64,000 bases of DNA, from NCBI RefSeq assembly GCF_009914755.1, contig NC_060933.1; one strand, given 5' to 3'. Of the stretch, positions 63,209-64,000 are shown piece after piece. Position 1 is the stretch's first letter, and each line of letters starts with the position of its first letter. The DNA is from the human T2T-CHM13v2.0 reference genome, Homo sapiens. The notes beneath the pieces are model-generated. The model searched no databases. It worked only from the letters and a program-made list of their open reading frames with translations, and was not told the DNA's origin. The translations under genes and the position numbers were made by a program.

Positions 63209-64000
63209 GAGGCAGACGATATTTTGTGTTCTGTAGACAGATGTATTTTATATGAAGAAAACTGTTTCCCTTTTCTATGAAAAAAACATCGCATTATCTC
63301 CTTTTCTTTATGTTTTAACTGAAAGAAATTTTTTAAGTATTATGTTATCCAGGTGAATGTCACTAATTTGTTTCCCCCACAAACGAAGTAACAAACATTT
63401 AACAAGCCCAGATCTTTTCCTGTCTTAAGACCAAAACACGCACGCACACACAATGCTCCCCGAAGATGAACGGCTGGAGTAAACAGTAACTCATCCTGGG
63501 TGACTGGCTATTTATAAGATTTCACACAAGTAAAATGCTAAAATATGGGGAGTTCACACTAGGCTCCAAAGCAGCAACAGCAGAATAGATGGAAAAAATA
63601 CCCAGTCCTGAACCTTACCTCCCTGACGCCCATCGAAACCATCATTCTTATTCAATAAACTCTGCTTTTTATAAAATGTGGTGGTTCCTCAAAAATCTGT
63701 GTTCAGGGAAGTATTCTTCAAGCACATACAAGTATTATTACACAGACCACTAGAAAAGCTTCTCATCATTGAGGTCTCTATGCCTTCCTAATTAATAACA
63801 TAATTTAGCATTTCTATCCCACTGTATTTCCAAAACACACCTGTCTTCGGTGAATTCATGCAAATACAAACATCTTCTAGGAGATTATGAGGCGATGTGT
63901 TCAGAGCAAACCATAATCAGAAACAGCAAAACCAGAAGTCATCAGTCTCAGAACACTTTCTTCAAATACATAATATTCTGGTTTTATATTAAGAGAGTGT

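Noticed and set aside
63612-63625. Minus-strand donor-like GAG|GTAAGG as the upstream MED27 exon
   Set aside because: No MED27-like peptide or convincing acceptor; the previous coding exon probably lies just beyond the window.

Overview
Hominid (most likely human) intronic DNA from the MED27 (Mediator subunit 27/CRSP8) gene, transcribed on the minus strand. Two coding exons are visible: 19180-19287 (VTLGKVLKVIVVMRSLFIDRTIVKGYNENVYTEDGK) and 9353-9394 (LDIWSKSNYQVFQK), both phase 0 with canonical AG/GT ends. The rest is intron, rich in Alu, L1, L2, MIR, LTR and DNA-transposon relics, and almost all listed ORFs are spurious or repeat-derived. I found no evidence of a wholly new gene system. The strongest leads are: (1) a MER41B solo LTR keeping both tandem STAT GAS sites, split by a full-length antisense SVA and nested in an L2; (2) a well-formed candidate 37-nt frameshifting (poison) exon at 25919-25955; (3) an inverted pair of L1PA 3' ends, one inserted into an Alu linker; (4) an unexplained exact 21-bp direct repeat 1.25 kb apart; (5) several repeat-free, motif-dense candidate enhancers. 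Repeat subfamily calls are from recalled consensus sequences, and boundaries of old repeats are approximate.
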